Shown piece by piece: positions 44,136 through 54,432 of a DNA stretch of 64,000 bases (positions are counted from its first letter, which is position 1; each line of letters begins with the position of its first letter). The position numbers and the translations under genes are program-made. Location of the stretch: the NCBI GenBank assembly GCA_964455525.1, contig CAYVWR010000006.1, positions 192,212-256,211 of the forward strand. Direction: 5' to 3'. The DNA comes from an uncultured Alphaproteobacteria bacterium (GTDB lineage Bacteria; Bacteroidota; Ignavibacteria; OLB7). The notes beneath the pieces were generated by a model that saw only the letters and a program-made list of their open reading frames with translations, was not told where the DNA came from and did not search any database.

Positions 44136-45002
44136 CTATTTGATCGGGAAGTACCCAACCTCCTTTACAACTGCCTGCCCATCGGCACCAAGCACCCAGT
44201 CGATATACTGCTGCACGGCACCGCTTGGCGACTGACGCAGATAGAAGTAGAGATCACGGGAAAGCGGATAGGCGCCGGAACGAATGTTCTCCTCGCTGGG
44301 CGCAACAGCCGAGCCGTTCGCCGAGACGACCTTCACCATCTTTACCCCGCTGCTATAGGCCTCGCCGCCATAGCCAATGCCATTTGCATCCTTTATGATA
44401 GCGCTTACCACAGCGGCAGTGCCGGGAAGGGTCTGTGTGGTGGGAGCAAAATCCCCCTTGTTCAGCACATGCTCCTTAAAAAAGGTATAGGTGCCGGAAC
44501 TGTTCTCCCGACCATATAGAATGATCCTGGCATCATGGCCACCAACCTCTTTCCAGTTTTTGGCCTCGCCTGCATAGATCTTGCGAATCTGGTCCATCGA
44601 GAGCGAATCTACCGGATTTGACTCGCTTACATAAATGGCAACCCCATCCTTGGCCACCGGAATCTCTACCACATCGGTGCCGAACTTCTGCTTGATCTGC
44701 TGGCGCTCCTGATCGTTCATAGGACGAGAAGCATTGGCGATCTCCGTGGTCCCATTGATAAGAGCGGAAATGCCGGTGCCACTACCACCACCATTTACCA
44801 AAACCTGGATATTGGGATTTTTGCCGCCAAATCGCTCGGCCCAAGCCTGCGCCAGAAGCACCATCGTATCGGAGCCTTTCTGCGTAATTGTTTCCTTTTT
44901 GTCCTCCTGGCCAGCATTCTTCTTTTCAGGGTTTCCGTCGCATCCGAGAACGAGTAACGCACTCAACAGGAGCAGCGCCGATCTCTTCAATACACTAGTC
45001 AT
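44136..45002 (-). CDS. pstS: phosphate ABC transporter substrate-binding lipoprotein, PstS family
   Basis: Lipobox LVLGCDG. SGSGTG-like anion-binding motif (NGGGSGTGISALINGTTEIANASR). PBP fold length 288 aa. No pstCAB genes nearby. Confidence 0.75.
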   Translation of the reverse strand: MTSVLKRSALLLLSALLVLGCDGNPEKKNAGQEDKKETITQKGSDTMVLLAQAWAERFGGKNPNIQVLVNGGGSGTGISALINGTTEIANASRPMNDQERQQIKQKFGTDVVEIPVAKDGVAIYVSESNPVDSLSMDQIRKIYAGEAKNWKEVGGHDARIILYGRENSSGTYTFFKEHVLNKGDFAPTTQTLPGTAAVVSAIIKDANGIGYGGEAYSSGVKMVKVVSANGSAVAPSEENIRSGAYPLSRDLYFYLRQSPSGAVQQYIDWVLGADGQAVVKEVGYFPIK

Positions 45003-45712
45003 ACGTTCCGTTGTTTGTTGGAGAGCAGATATCCGATTGAACGTGCGTGTGAATTGAGCAGATCAGCACGACCAACCAGCCACCTGCGTGATGATAGATT
45101 ACGTAACGGCTACAATGTTACCTGAATGCCTCGTCGCGGGAACGTTAAGAAGCCATAACATCGAGATTCTATCATGGGTTGAAAGAATCTCTCCCATCCT
45201 CTCCTTCCAGTAACAAAGCCCCTTTCCAGAGCGGAAGACCGGTTTTCGGATCAAAATCTCGGGAGATGGTGCCCCTGTTCAGCTTTGTTAGTACTATTTC
45301 ACAGGAATAGACAGCCGAGCCGATTGAAAGGCTTCCTCCGAGCAGATTCCCATGAGTGCAACCAGTGCATCTGCGCCGGTAGGAATCCGGCCCGCAAAAA
45401 TCCGGCCCTGTTCGTATGGTTTGCGTGTCATCATAGCTCTGCAAACGATATGTGGTATGTATGGCAAGCATCGTCCTTGGAGGTCGCGAGGGCTGTTGTG
45501 CCGCCGGCCGAATGGCAGAGACGAAAGGGGCTGCGCAAAGGCTACCGGGACTATGGGGTTGTGTATGCCCCGCCATCGGCCGGATTGAACCTGCCGGGCA
45601 GCCAGCGCCAGGGCCGATAACGGCATGCTCGGTGGCCGCTTATACCTGTCACCATGGAAACTTCTCATATTTTCAGGACATTCTTACTGTCAGGAACGCG
45701 TCTCCCCATGCG

Positions 45713-46711
45713 ATGAGCACACTAATAGACCGCTTTGGCCGAAACCATACGTATCTGCGGATCTCCGTCACCGATCGGTGCAATCTTCGCTGCTCCTACT
45801 GTATGCCACAGGAGGAGATGCAATGGAAGCACCGCGACGAGATACTCAGCTACGAGGAGATCATCCGTGTGGCGCGGATTGCCGTTGGGATGGGCATCGA
45901 GAAAATCCGCGTTACCGGAGGGGAGCCGCTTGTACGAAACGATATCGAACAACTCCTGACGGGACTGCGAACCATACCGGGACTGAAATCTCTGGCGCTG
46001 ACCACCAACGCGATCCTCCTCCGCCGAAAGCTTCCCGCGATCCGTTACTCCGTCGATAGTCTGAATATCTCGCTTGATACATTCAACCCGGAACGGTTCC
46101 GGGACTTTACCCGTCGTGATGCTCTGGATGATGTGCTTGATGGCATCGAAGCTGCGCTGGAAGCTGGCTACAGGAATGTCAAGGTGAATGCCGTTATCCT
46201 GCGTGGTATCAACGACGACGAGATCTGCGAGTTTGTACGATTCACGGCAGACCGGCCCATTGCAGTACGTTTTATCGAGTTTATGCCATTTGCCGGCAAC
46301 AACTGGCATCAGGGCCACTGCATGACGATGAATGAGATCCTGGCGGTTATAGAGCAGCAATTCATACTGGAACGGATACCGGATGGGCCGTCACCGATCA
46401 GCCGCGATTATCGCATAACCGACCGCCATAGCGGTCGGCAACATACCGGCACTGTGGGTGTTATCGCCTCGATGTCGCAACCGTTCTGCGAAAGCTGCTC
46501 CCGTCTTCGTCTAACCGCCGAGGGGATGATTATGCCCTGCCTCCACTCACCACTCGAATTTGATGTGCGAGAAGTGCTCCGCTCCGGCGGCAACGATACG
46601 GCAGTGGCAGAGGTGTTCCTGCGTGCCATCGGCGCAAAGCCTATGGAACACCCCCCGGCCGATGAGCTTCTAGCCCAGAGCGGACGGGTGATGATACAGA
46701 TCGGAGGGTGA
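45713..46711 (+). CDS. moaA: GTP 3',8-cyclase MoaA (molybdenum cofactor biosynthesis, radical SAM)
   Basis: YLRISVTDRCNLRCSYCMP radical-SAM CxxxCxxC. GGEPLVR. C-terminal auxiliary cluster cysteines (CESCSRLRLTAEG...C). Start placed at MSTLIDRF (45713); the upstream in-frame part of the ORF is not used. Confidence 0.85.
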   Translation: MSTLIDRFGRNHTYLRISVTDRCNLRCSYCMPQEEMQWKHRDEILSYEEIIRVARIAVGMGIEKIRVTGGEPLVRNDIEQLLTGLRTIPGLKSLALTTNAILLRRKLPAIRYSVDSLNISLDTFNPERFRDFTRRDALDDVLDGIEAALEAGYRNVKVNAVILRGINDDEICEFVRFTADRPIAVRFIEFMPFAGNNWHQGHCMTMNEILAVIEQQFILERIPDGPSPISRDYRITDRHSGRQHTGTVGVIASMSQPFCESCSRLRLTAEGMIMPCLHSPLEFDVREVLRSGGNDTAVAEVFLRAIGAKPMEHPPADELLAQSGRVMIQIGG

Positions 46712-46934
46712 TATACAGAGCGGTTCCCGACCTACCCCATGGTATAGGCATGCCCCTAATGCCTATCATCACCACACGTCCGGCACCACCAACCAACCAT
46801 CCTTTTCGTTTTGCATCCTCTGTGCATTGTGTAGTGGCAGACATCCTCCGCCCATCCCTTCCCATCTCATCCTCCAGCACCGCAACATCCTCCAAAACCG
46901 GCCATGACAGGCCAATTCTTTCACGGATAGTGCC

Positions 46935-47636
46935 GTGACAATCCATCTTCGACATGCTATCTTTGGATGCGGGCACACATTATGTTTGGGAATCCAAAAG
47001 ATGTCTATGGACGATCCATATTCAACCCGCCTGGCGCGAGGCACATTGTTGATGATCCATTCACCGGCAGTGCATGCCAGATATGCTCATATCCGGCGCC
47101 TTATAATATTCGAGTCGATAGGGATCATCGGAGCGGGGCTGCTGGCAGGGGCGATGGGAGTGCTCGGCAGAGAGCCGATCGTGACCGATTGTGGCATCGC
47201 AGCGGTAGTACTAGGGGTGATAAGCTGGATCATACGCGGCCTGCGCGCCGGTTTCAGACGCCGATACACGCCAACCATACTGCTGATCTCCGAGGAGGGA
47301 ATAGGCGCAATTCTTCCCAACACCTCATCGCTGCACCTCCGCTGGAGCGATATACGGGCCAGGGAGATTCGTATGCAGGCAGATAGCAGCGCAGTTCCGA
47401 CGCGGGAAGACGATCTGATAGCCGGGGACCAGCCGCGATGCAGCATCCAGCTCAAGGGGTATGACCGGCAACGGCTGTACCTTACCGAGGATCTCGACGG
47501 CTACAACGAACTTCTGGAAATTCTGAACGAGCTTGAGATCAAAGTAAGACCATCAGGCAGCCCCAGGCTCCGCTTCGGCATAAGCCATGATCGGCCGAAC
47601 GGGCTTGAACGCCGCACATGGCAGACACGGAACTGA
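46935..47636 (+). CDS. hypothetical membrane protein
   Basis: 233-aa ORF with two hydrophobic helices (IIFESIGIIGAGLLAGAMGVL; IAAVVLGVISWIIRGL). No motif. Start uncertain (alternative MSMDDPYS). Confidence 0.35.
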   Translation: MTIHLRHAIFGCGHTLCLGIQKMSMDDPYSTRLARGTLLMIHSPAVHARYAHIRRLIIFESIGIIGAGLLAGAMGVLGREPIVTDCGIAAVVLGVISWIIRGLRAGFRRRYTPTILLISEEGIGAILPNTSSLHLRWSDIRAREIRMQADSSAVPTREDDLIAGDQPRCSIQLKGYDRQRLYLTEDLDGYNELLEILNELEIKVRPSGSPRLRFGISHDRPNGLERRTWQTRN

Positions 47637-47709
47637 AGTTTCGCGATCCCTTCTCTCTGTTCTGCGTCAGCACGCCCATATGCATGCAGGCACATCCTGC
47701 ACTCTGCCA

Positions 47710-49896
47710 TCATGAATGGTGGTTGCAGATCCCTTCCTCATGATTATGGTGGTAAGCGGCCGCAACCGGTGTGGCTCCTCCCCTCCCCAGAAGCCGCAAC
47801 CCGTTGGCGACCACGATCAGCGAGGCGCCCATATCGGCAAACACCGCCATCCAGAGCGTGGCCTCCCCTGCCAGCGCAAGCGCAAAGAACACCCCCTTCA
47901 GCCCGAGAGCAATCCAGATATTCTGCTTGAGCACGGCAATGGTACGCCGCGAGAGTTCGATAAACTCGGGAAGTTTTCGCAGATCATCGTTCATCAGGGC
48001 CACATCGGCGGTCTCCAGCGCTACATCGGCGCTTGCAGCACCCATTGCAAAACCGACGGTGGCCTGGGCAAGCGCAGGAACATCGTTCACACCATCACCC
48101 ACCATGCCCATCGCGCCATACTCTCTCTGAAGTCCGGCCAGCGCAACGATCTTCTCATCAGGAAGGAGATTTGCACGCACGTCATCGATACCAACACGAC
48201 GTGCAATGCTCGCAGCGGTCACCTCGTTATCGCCGGTAAGGATGGCAGAGCGCAGCCCAAGCTCATGCAGCCGTCGTACCGCATCCACGCTGGAGGAACG
48301 CACCGTATCGGCCACGCCGATCACCCCCAGCACCTTCTGTTCGGTCATCACCACCACCGTCGTCTTTCCATCGGTCTCCAGCCTCTGAAGCTCCAACTCC
48401 AGCGAAGGGACGCAGACCCCCAGATCATGTGCCAGCCTGTGGCTGCCAACATGAATGCGGGTACCATCGACAACAGCGCTTGCTCCCCGTCCGGGAATCG
48501 CATGGAACTCGGAGATCTCCAGATCGCCCTCCGCCGCATGTTGCAATTCATGCGCAGCAATGATGGCCGAGGCTATCGGATGCTCCGATTTTGCCTCCAC
48601 CGCAGCCGCAAGATGAAGCAGGTCTTCATCCGGCAGCCCATCGAGCGACACCACATCGGTAACGCGGGGGCGACCTTCGGTCAAGGTGCCGGTCTTATCA
48701 AAGGCAACCCCGCGCAGCACACGCCCAAGCTCCAGGTACTCCCCTCCCTTTACCAGAATACCCCGCCGTGCGGCAGCGGCAAGGCCGCTCACCACCGTAA
48801 CCGGCGTGGAGATCACCAGGGCACAGGGACAGCCGATCACCAGGAGCACCAGACCATTATAGACCCATGTGTCCCATGCAGCCCCTGTTAGGAGCGGTGG
48901 CAGAACCGCAACAAGCAATGCCACGGCAAAGATGGCCGGCGTATAATAGCGCGAGAACCGATCAACAAAACGCTCGGTGCGTCCCCGGTTCACCGTTGCC
49001 TTCTCCACAAGCTGGACGATTCTGCTGATAGTGGATTCAGCGGCGGTATGTGTGGCCTCGTAATCCACAGTCCCTGACCCGTTGATGCTTCCGGCGAACA
49101 CCCGTTCACCCACGCCCCGCTCCACCGGGATTGATTCCCCTGTGATAGAGGCCTGATTGAAGGTGGAACGGCCGGAGATGATGAGGCCATCGAGCGGAAG
49201 CCGCTCCCCTGGTTTTATCCTGACCCGCTCCCCCTGGCGGATATCCTCTACCGGCACAAGCTCCAGCCCTCCGCCGCGCAGCACAAGCGCACGCTCCGGC
49301 GTCAGCTCCATAAGCAGACGGATGGCCCGCCGCGCACGGTTCAGACTCTGCGCCTCGATAAGCTCCGCCACAGCAAAGAGGAAGACCACCATGCCGGCCT
49401 CGGCCCACTCTCCAAGAGCAACAGCACCAACAACCGCCAGCGCCATCAGAAAGTGAATATTGAGCGTCAAGGTCCGAAGCGAAGTCCATGCCTTGCCTGC
49501 CGTTTCGTACCCTCCCGTCACAATCGCCACAGCGGCCAAAGCCCGTACCGCAAACGCATCCTCGGCGAGTATCGTAAGGGCAAGCACCTCGGCCACCAAT
49601 GCACAGACACCCGAAACAAGCGTCAGGATCGTGCCCGGCTTACGCCAGAACGATGGTGCAAGCACCTGCAATTCCAATTGGGGTGTGGCGCCTACCGCCA
49701 CAGCCTCCATACCAAGCGTCCCGATGGCGGTAACAATGGAAGATTCCTCCGGCAGCCGATGTTTCACCGTGAGAACACGCGCTATCAGATTGAAACTGAG
49801 GTCATCCACCCCTTCCATTGCCGAAAGACGGTTGCGAATCAGCCGTTCCTCGGTAGGACAATCCATCTTCTCTATGCGAAACGTTGAAACCTTCAT
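47710..49896 (-). CDS. heavy-metal translocating P1B-type ATPase (Zn/Cd/Co-type)
   Basis: N-terminal HMA-like domain with MDCPTEE. TM CPC motif (VIGCPCALVISTPV). DKTGTLT phosphorylation motif. GDGVNDVPAL. His-rich C-tail (AAAYHHNHEEGICNHHS). Confidence 0.88.
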   Translation of the reverse strand: MKVSTFRIEKMDCPTEERLIRNRLSAMEGVDDLSFNLIARVLTVKHRLPEESSIVTAIGTLGMEAVAVGATPQLELQVLAPSFWRKPGTILTLVSGVCALVAEVLALTILAEDAFAVRALAAVAIVTGGYETAGKAWTSLRTLTLNIHFLMALAVVGAVALGEWAEAGMVVFLFAVAELIEAQSLNRARRAIRLLMELTPERALVLRGGGLELVPVEDIRQGERVRIKPGERLPLDGLIISGRSTFNQASITGESIPVERGVGERVFAGSINGSGTVDYEATHTAAESTISRIVQLVEKATVNRGRTERFVDRFSRYYTPAIFAVALLVAVLPPLLTGAAWDTWVYNGLVLLVIGCPCALVISTPVTVVSGLAAAARRGILVKGGEYLELGRVLRGVAFDKTGTLTEGRPRVTDVVSLDGLPDEDLLHLAAAVEAKSEHPIASAIIAAHELQHAAEGDLEISEFHAIPGRGASAVVDGTRIHVGSHRLAHDLGVCVPSLELELQRLETDGKTTVVVMTEQKVLGVIGVADTVRSSSVDAVRRLHELGLRSAILTGDNEVTAASIARRVGIDDVRANLLPDEKIVALAGLQREYGAMGMVGDGVNDVPALAQATVGFAMGAASADVALETADVALMNDDLRKLPEFIELSRRTIAVLKQNIWIALGLKGVFFALALAGEATLWMAVFADMGASLIVVANGLRLLGRGGATPVAAAYHHNHEEGICNHHS

Positions 49897-50298
49897 ACGT
49901 CATCTACAGGATAAATGTGGCCGGGCATTGCTGGCAAACGGCAGCCACATCATAATAATGGAGGCACTGGCTCTCAACTGATTCTCAGCAAAAGCCCCCG
50001 TGTTATAAACTCGGCAACCACAGCCCCGGGCACGCAAGGAGAGCGTCCTATTGTACCAAAATGTTGCTGCATTCGCCGACCGGGGTTGTCTCCTATGCAA
50101 CGACGCCGTAATATTGAGCGGCGTGTACACCCCCGGGGTTCACTGTACCGCTGGCGCGGAGTAAAATTATCGTTTTCGGCATCACCACGCATGCGATCGG
50201 CCGGTGGCTCCCGGATAGCCGAATCGATGTATGGCTGCCCCTGCTCGCGTCGTATGGCCATCTCATCAGCCTTGCAACCACAAAAAGGAGATCACGCC

Positions 50299-52323
50299 AT
50301 GAAATTGCCTGGTACGCCACTACGCTGCATCGTGTTAACGGCAGCATTATTACTTCCCCCACTTCTGCACGCACAATCGCCCCGCATGGTCCTTGTCGAA
50401 GAAGCAACAAACGCCAGTTGCGGACCGTGTGCCTCGCAGAACCCTTTTTTCGAGCGGTATCTGGCGATGCCACATAACCGATCGGATATTATTCCCATTG
50501 CCTATCGTGCCAATTTTCCGGGACGTGATGTGATGAACGCGGCCAATCCGGCCATGCACAACGGACGCGTAGCGTATTATACGATATCCGCGGTCCCCAC
50601 GGCCCTCGTCAACGGTGCGATTCCACCCCCATCGGGCAGGGGTTATGCCGGGGCACCGGCCGATACAGTGGCAATTGCGCGCGAAGCAAACAAAATTCGC
50701 GGCACCATCTCGCCGATCACCATCGATATCACAGAATCCACGACCGATACCAAGGTGACCGCAACCGTCGATGTATCGAGCACCGAGGCGCTCAGCGGCA
50801 AAAAGCTCCATATCGTTGTCGTGGAAGGGCATCATTATTATGCCAACGCAGGGAGCAACGGGGAAAAGGACTTCAACCATATCGCCCGACTGATGCTTCC
50901 AGACCATAACGGCACCATGCTCGATCTGGCAGCAGGAGAGAAAAAATCGTTTTCGCAGGAATTCACTCTCGATCCGGGATGGACCCCCAGCGAAATCTAC
51001 ATCGTGGCCTTTGTAGAGGACCCCAGCACCAAACAGGTGCTCCAGGTCGGGACCGATCGTGGAAGCCCACGCATCGAGACGACCACGGCTACCACCATCA
51101 TCCAGCAGTCGAAGGAACCGGGAAGCTGGCCGGCCATATTGAATACCAACAGCAGCGGCGAGTACACGGTTGAGATCGAGCAGAAACTTCCCAAGGAATG
51201 GTCAACCAGCGTCATGATCGGGGAGCAGGCCATCGCACATGGCGACAAGATCAACCTGGAAGCCCAGACACCGGTTGGCATGAACGTAACGATCAGCCCA
51301 GGCCCCGGCGTTCAAGGAAAAGGCTCCATGACCGTGACCCTGAGGGGGAACAAGGGTGGTGAGTGGAAACAACGGTTTACCATCTATGCCTCCGACATCC
51401 AGGCACTGGTCATCACCAAGGATGAGGGCAATGAACTGATCGCCAATTCCTACGACGAGGCGATGGCACTTGGCGATGTCCGGTATGCTGTTGTGGAGCG
51501 GGGCGACGAACATCTGTTCGATTACAGCAAACACGTCCTTGTCTACGAGGTCGGCAAGTGGATTCTGGAACGTGCCGATATCGAGCAGCTTCGCGAGCTT
51601 TTCGATCGGGGCGGAATGCGCGTATATATGATTGGCGCAGAGATCGGCTATGGTCTGGCCGATCCAGGCAGCTCGCAGAAGGATGCGACCGACATCGAAT
51701 TTATGAACAAGTACCTCCATGCCGATTATATCAGCGACGACGTGCCAAGCAGCACCGTCCGAGGCATCGAGGGAGACCCAATCGGCGACGGGCTTAACTT
51801 CTCGATAACAAACGGCATCCAGAACCAGGATACGCCGGATGAACTGGGACCACGTGATGGTGCGGTGCCGATCCTCTACTACGGAACGCTACAGAATCAG
51901 GTTGCCGGAATTCGGTACGAGGATGAGGACACACGGTTGATCTATCTCGGCTTTGGCGCCGAAGGCATCGGCAGCAAAGCGATGCGCGCCAATCTGCTGA
52001 AACGTGGCATCGCCTGGCTGCTTGGCTCGCTGATGAGCGTAAACGATGCCGAGACATCGCATGGCACCACATTGCTGGCATCGCAGCCGAACCCGGCAGG
52101 TGTATCCTTCACGCTCCCGTTCCGACTGGAGAGGGTAGCCCATGTGGCGATTGCCCTGCATGACATGAACGGGCGGCAGATCGCAGTGCTTGCCGACGGC
52201 ACCTACGAGCCAGGCGAGCATGCTATCACCTACAATGCTTCGGCGATCCCATCTGGAACCTATATCGCCACCATGGAAGCGGGCGGGGTGCGGTCGTCGC
52301 GGATGATAACAATCGCACGATAG
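50299..52323 (+). CDS. T9SS-secreted protein with N-terminal thioredoxin-like (SCGPC) domain
   Basis: RBS aaaggag 8 nt upstream. Signal peptide MKLPGTPLRCIVLTAALLLPPLLHAQSP. CGPC motif at VLVEEATNASCGPCASQNPFF. C-terminal T9SS CTD (LLASQPNPAGVSFTLPF...SGTYIATMEAGGVRSSRMITIAR). Confidence 0.7.
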   Translation: MKLPGTPLRCIVLTAALLLPPLLHAQSPRMVLVEEATNASCGPCASQNPFFERYLAMPHNRSDIIPIAYRANFPGRDVMNAANPAMHNGRVAYYTISAVPTALVNGAIPPPSGRGYAGAPADTVAIAREANKIRGTISPITIDITESTTDTKVTATVDVSSTEALSGKKLHIVVVEGHHYYANAGSNGEKDFNHIARLMLPDHNGTMLDLAAGEKKSFSQEFTLDPGWTPSEIYIVAFVEDPSTKQVLQVGTDRGSPRIETTTATTIIQQSKEPGSWPAILNTNSSGEYTVEIEQKLPKEWSTSVMIGEQAIAHGDKINLEAQTPVGMNVTISPGPGVQGKGSMTVTLRGNKGGEWKQRFTIYASDIQALVITKDEGNELIANSYDEAMALGDVRYAVVERGDEHLFDYSKHVLVYEVGKWILERADIEQLRELFDRGGMRVYMIGAEIGYGLADPGSSQKDATDIEFMNKYLHADYISDDVPSSTVRGIEGDPIGDGLNFSITNGIQNQDTPDELGPRDGAVPILYYGTLQNQVAGIRYEDEDTRLIYLGFGAEGIGSKAMRANLLKRGIAWLLGSLMSVNDAETSHGTTLLASQPNPAGVSFTLPFRLERVAHVAIALHDMNGRQIAVLADGTYEPGEHAITYNASAIPSGTYIATMEAGGVRSSRMITIAR

Positions 52324-52608
52324 ACCGATATCATGCGCATAGACTCGCAGAAAGGGGCACGGCAATACACGCCCTGCCCCTTCTGCTTCAAAACATCCCT
52401 ATCAGCACGATCTCTAGGCGAGGCGCCACCATCATCCGCTGCCATCCCTTCGATCGCGCACAGCATAGTACTGTTCCGGCGAACCGCACCATGCTGGATA
52501 TCTGTGGCAGGAGATAACCAATCCGGCGCATAGGCCAGCATGCTACAGACATCCCGACATTACTCCCAGCACAACGCAGACACAGCCCCGCAACACCCTA
52601 GCAAACGG

Positions 52609-53559
52609 CTAGAAGCGCCAGATCGCAGCAATCCCATTCACCGATGGAACGATCATCCACCCCGCCTCCGCCGGACTGGCATCGTGCAGATGCACCACAC
52701 CATAACCACAGACCGTTCCCACCACGGCACCAAAGATGATATCGCTTCCCCAATGCCTATCGGCATACAGACGGCTTAGCGCGGTGGCTCCGGCGAGCGT
52801 GTACAGCCCGACCGATGCCCAGGGATCGTCTATCTCCGCGGCAAGCGTGGAGCTTACAGCAAAGGCGATGGTCGAATGCCCGGACGGAAATGAATGATAG
52901 TCATCCTTTGTGGTAGGCCCCTCGAACGTATACGGGCCATCCTCCAACCCCGGACGATGACGGCCAAGGAGAACCTTGGTAAGCGTGGTGATGGCCGCGG
53001 CATATACTACCGATTGCACCACATGGCGTCCGGCACGCCGGATACCCGGCTCATCGAAGGCAAGGCCGCTCAGATAAAGGCCTGATGATATCGCCGCGGC
53101 CGGAATCCATGTGCCGTAGATATCGCCGATGCCACGGGCAACAGCGGGTATGGTGCCACCACGTCTGGCGAACAGCGGCCGGATGCCATCATCGGCAACA
53201 GCGGTCATCCCGGTCCCGATGAACGTCCAGCCGGCAACTCCCCATTGGCGAAGGGAAAACCGCGCAGGAGCGCTGAAGAACAGAACCGCATCGGCAGCGC
53301 TCTCCTCCACATCCCGCCAGAGCGTATCGGCGATGCTGGGAGATGACAGCGCCGGATGCCGAAGAGAATCGGCCAAAGAGGCGGCGGACAGATTCGCCGA
53401 TATCATCCCGAGAAAGATCAGACCCAACACGGTGGCGCCCGCCGCGTTAGATCGCTGCAAACAATTCGATCGATGTCCTGTATGCACGCAAACTCCACCA
53501 TCTGCTCGTGTGACGTGGCAATTATTTATCACGATTATATACTTGGAGAACCCGTCCAT
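52609..53559 (-). CDS. PAP2-family phosphatase (membrane)
   Basis: PAP2 motifs KVLLGRHRP ... PSGHS ... SRLYADRHWGSD. Start uncertain (M at 53559, or the internal MISANL). Confidence 0.75.
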   Translation of the reverse strand: MDGFSKYIIVINNCHVTRADGGVCVHTGHRSNCLQRSNAAGATVLGLIFLGMISANLSAASLADSLRHPALSSPSIADTLWRDVEESAADAVLFFSAPARFSLRQWGVAGWTFIGTGMTAVADDGIRPLFARRGGTIPAVARGIGDIYGTWIPAAAISSGLYLSGLAFDEPGIRRAGRHVVQSVVYAAAITTLTKVLLGRHRPGLEDGPYTFEGPTTKDDYHSFPSGHSTIAFAVSSTLAAEIDDPWASVGLYTLAGATALSRLYADRHWGSDIIFGAVVGTVCGYGVVHLHDASPAEAGWMIVPSVNGIAAIWRF

Positions 53560-53601
53560 TGCCGTTTTTCACCTAAAATAAGGTGAAAAACGGCAATGGA
53601 C
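53554..53601. repeat. perfect 21-bp inverted repeat GTCCATTGCCGTTTTTCACCT-AAAATA-AGGTGAAAAACGGCAATGGAC overlapping the transposase start codon
   Basis: Read directly. Right arm contains ATG 53596-53598 of the IS1595-like ORF. Lies at the GC-drop boundary. Confidence 0.85.
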
Positions 53602-54415
53602 GATCCCGGACTCAAGAATCTTTCCGACTTCGATAAGCAGTTCCCGGATGAGCAGGCATGCCGCGATTATCTGGAGAAATCTCGCTGGAAGGGCACATCA
53701 CCTGTCCTCATTGTTCGGCGGATAAGGTGCATCACTTCACCGATGAAAAGCGCTACAAGTGCGGGATGTGCCGGAAGCAATTCACGGTGAAGGTCGGGAC
53801 GATCTTTGAGCAATCCCCGCTGCCGTTGCAGAAATGGTTGCTCGCGATGTATGTCCTCACTGCACATAAGAAAGGCATCGCATCTACTCAACTCGCCAAA
53901 GATGTTGGCGTCACGCAAAAGACAGCGTGGTTCATGTTGGGACGGCTTCGCTGGGTGATGCACACCAAGTCTTTTGATAGACCGCTGAAGAACGTTGTGG
54001 AGGCGGATGAGACGTATGTAGGAGGCAAGCCACGGAAGAAGGAAGAGAAGCGCCAGCGAGAGCGGAGCAACGATCGTAAGGCACCCGCTGCTGGTGTAGT
54101 AGAGCGTAATGGCGAGCTTCGGATAATGCCGGTTCCAAACATCAAGGCGGCGACGCTGAGGAGCTTTCTAACGGCAAATGTAGATAGCACGGCGGTTCTC
54201 CTGAGGGACTCCTACAACTCCTATATTCCTGCCGGTAAGAGCTTTGCGGTACATGAGAGTGTGCACCATGCTCAAGGGGAATACGTTCGCTTTCGGACGG
54301 GCTGAAGGTGGATATGGGCTTTGATGAGTTTGTAGATCGGGTGGTTAGAGTGAAGCCAACTCAGCGTAAAGAAACGACGGCTCGAAGTAAGAATAGCGGC
54401 AGTAAAAACGCGTAA
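53596..54415 (+). pseudogene. IS1595-family (ISXO2-like) transposase, frameshifted and internally degraded
   Basis: Frame A (53596..) MDDPGLKNLSDFDKQFPDEQACRDYLEKSRWKG. Frame B (53658..54305) continues with the zinc-ribbon ITCPHCSADKVHHF...YKCGMCRKQFTVKVGTIFEQS...LAMYVL. After the stop at 54305 a third frame reads GLKVDMGFDEFVDRVVRV, resembling the family C-terminal YLDEF.FRFNRR. No intact DDE core. Confidence 0.65.
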
Positions 54416-54432
54416 CAGCATTTAAGGCTACA

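Noticed and set aside
44136-45002. Assignment of the PstS-like gene as part of a pstSCAB operon
   Set aside because: No permease or ATPase genes are adjacent. The neighbour is a response regulator instead. Kept as a solo PstS-family binding lipoprotein. The specific anion (phosphate versus other) is uncertain.
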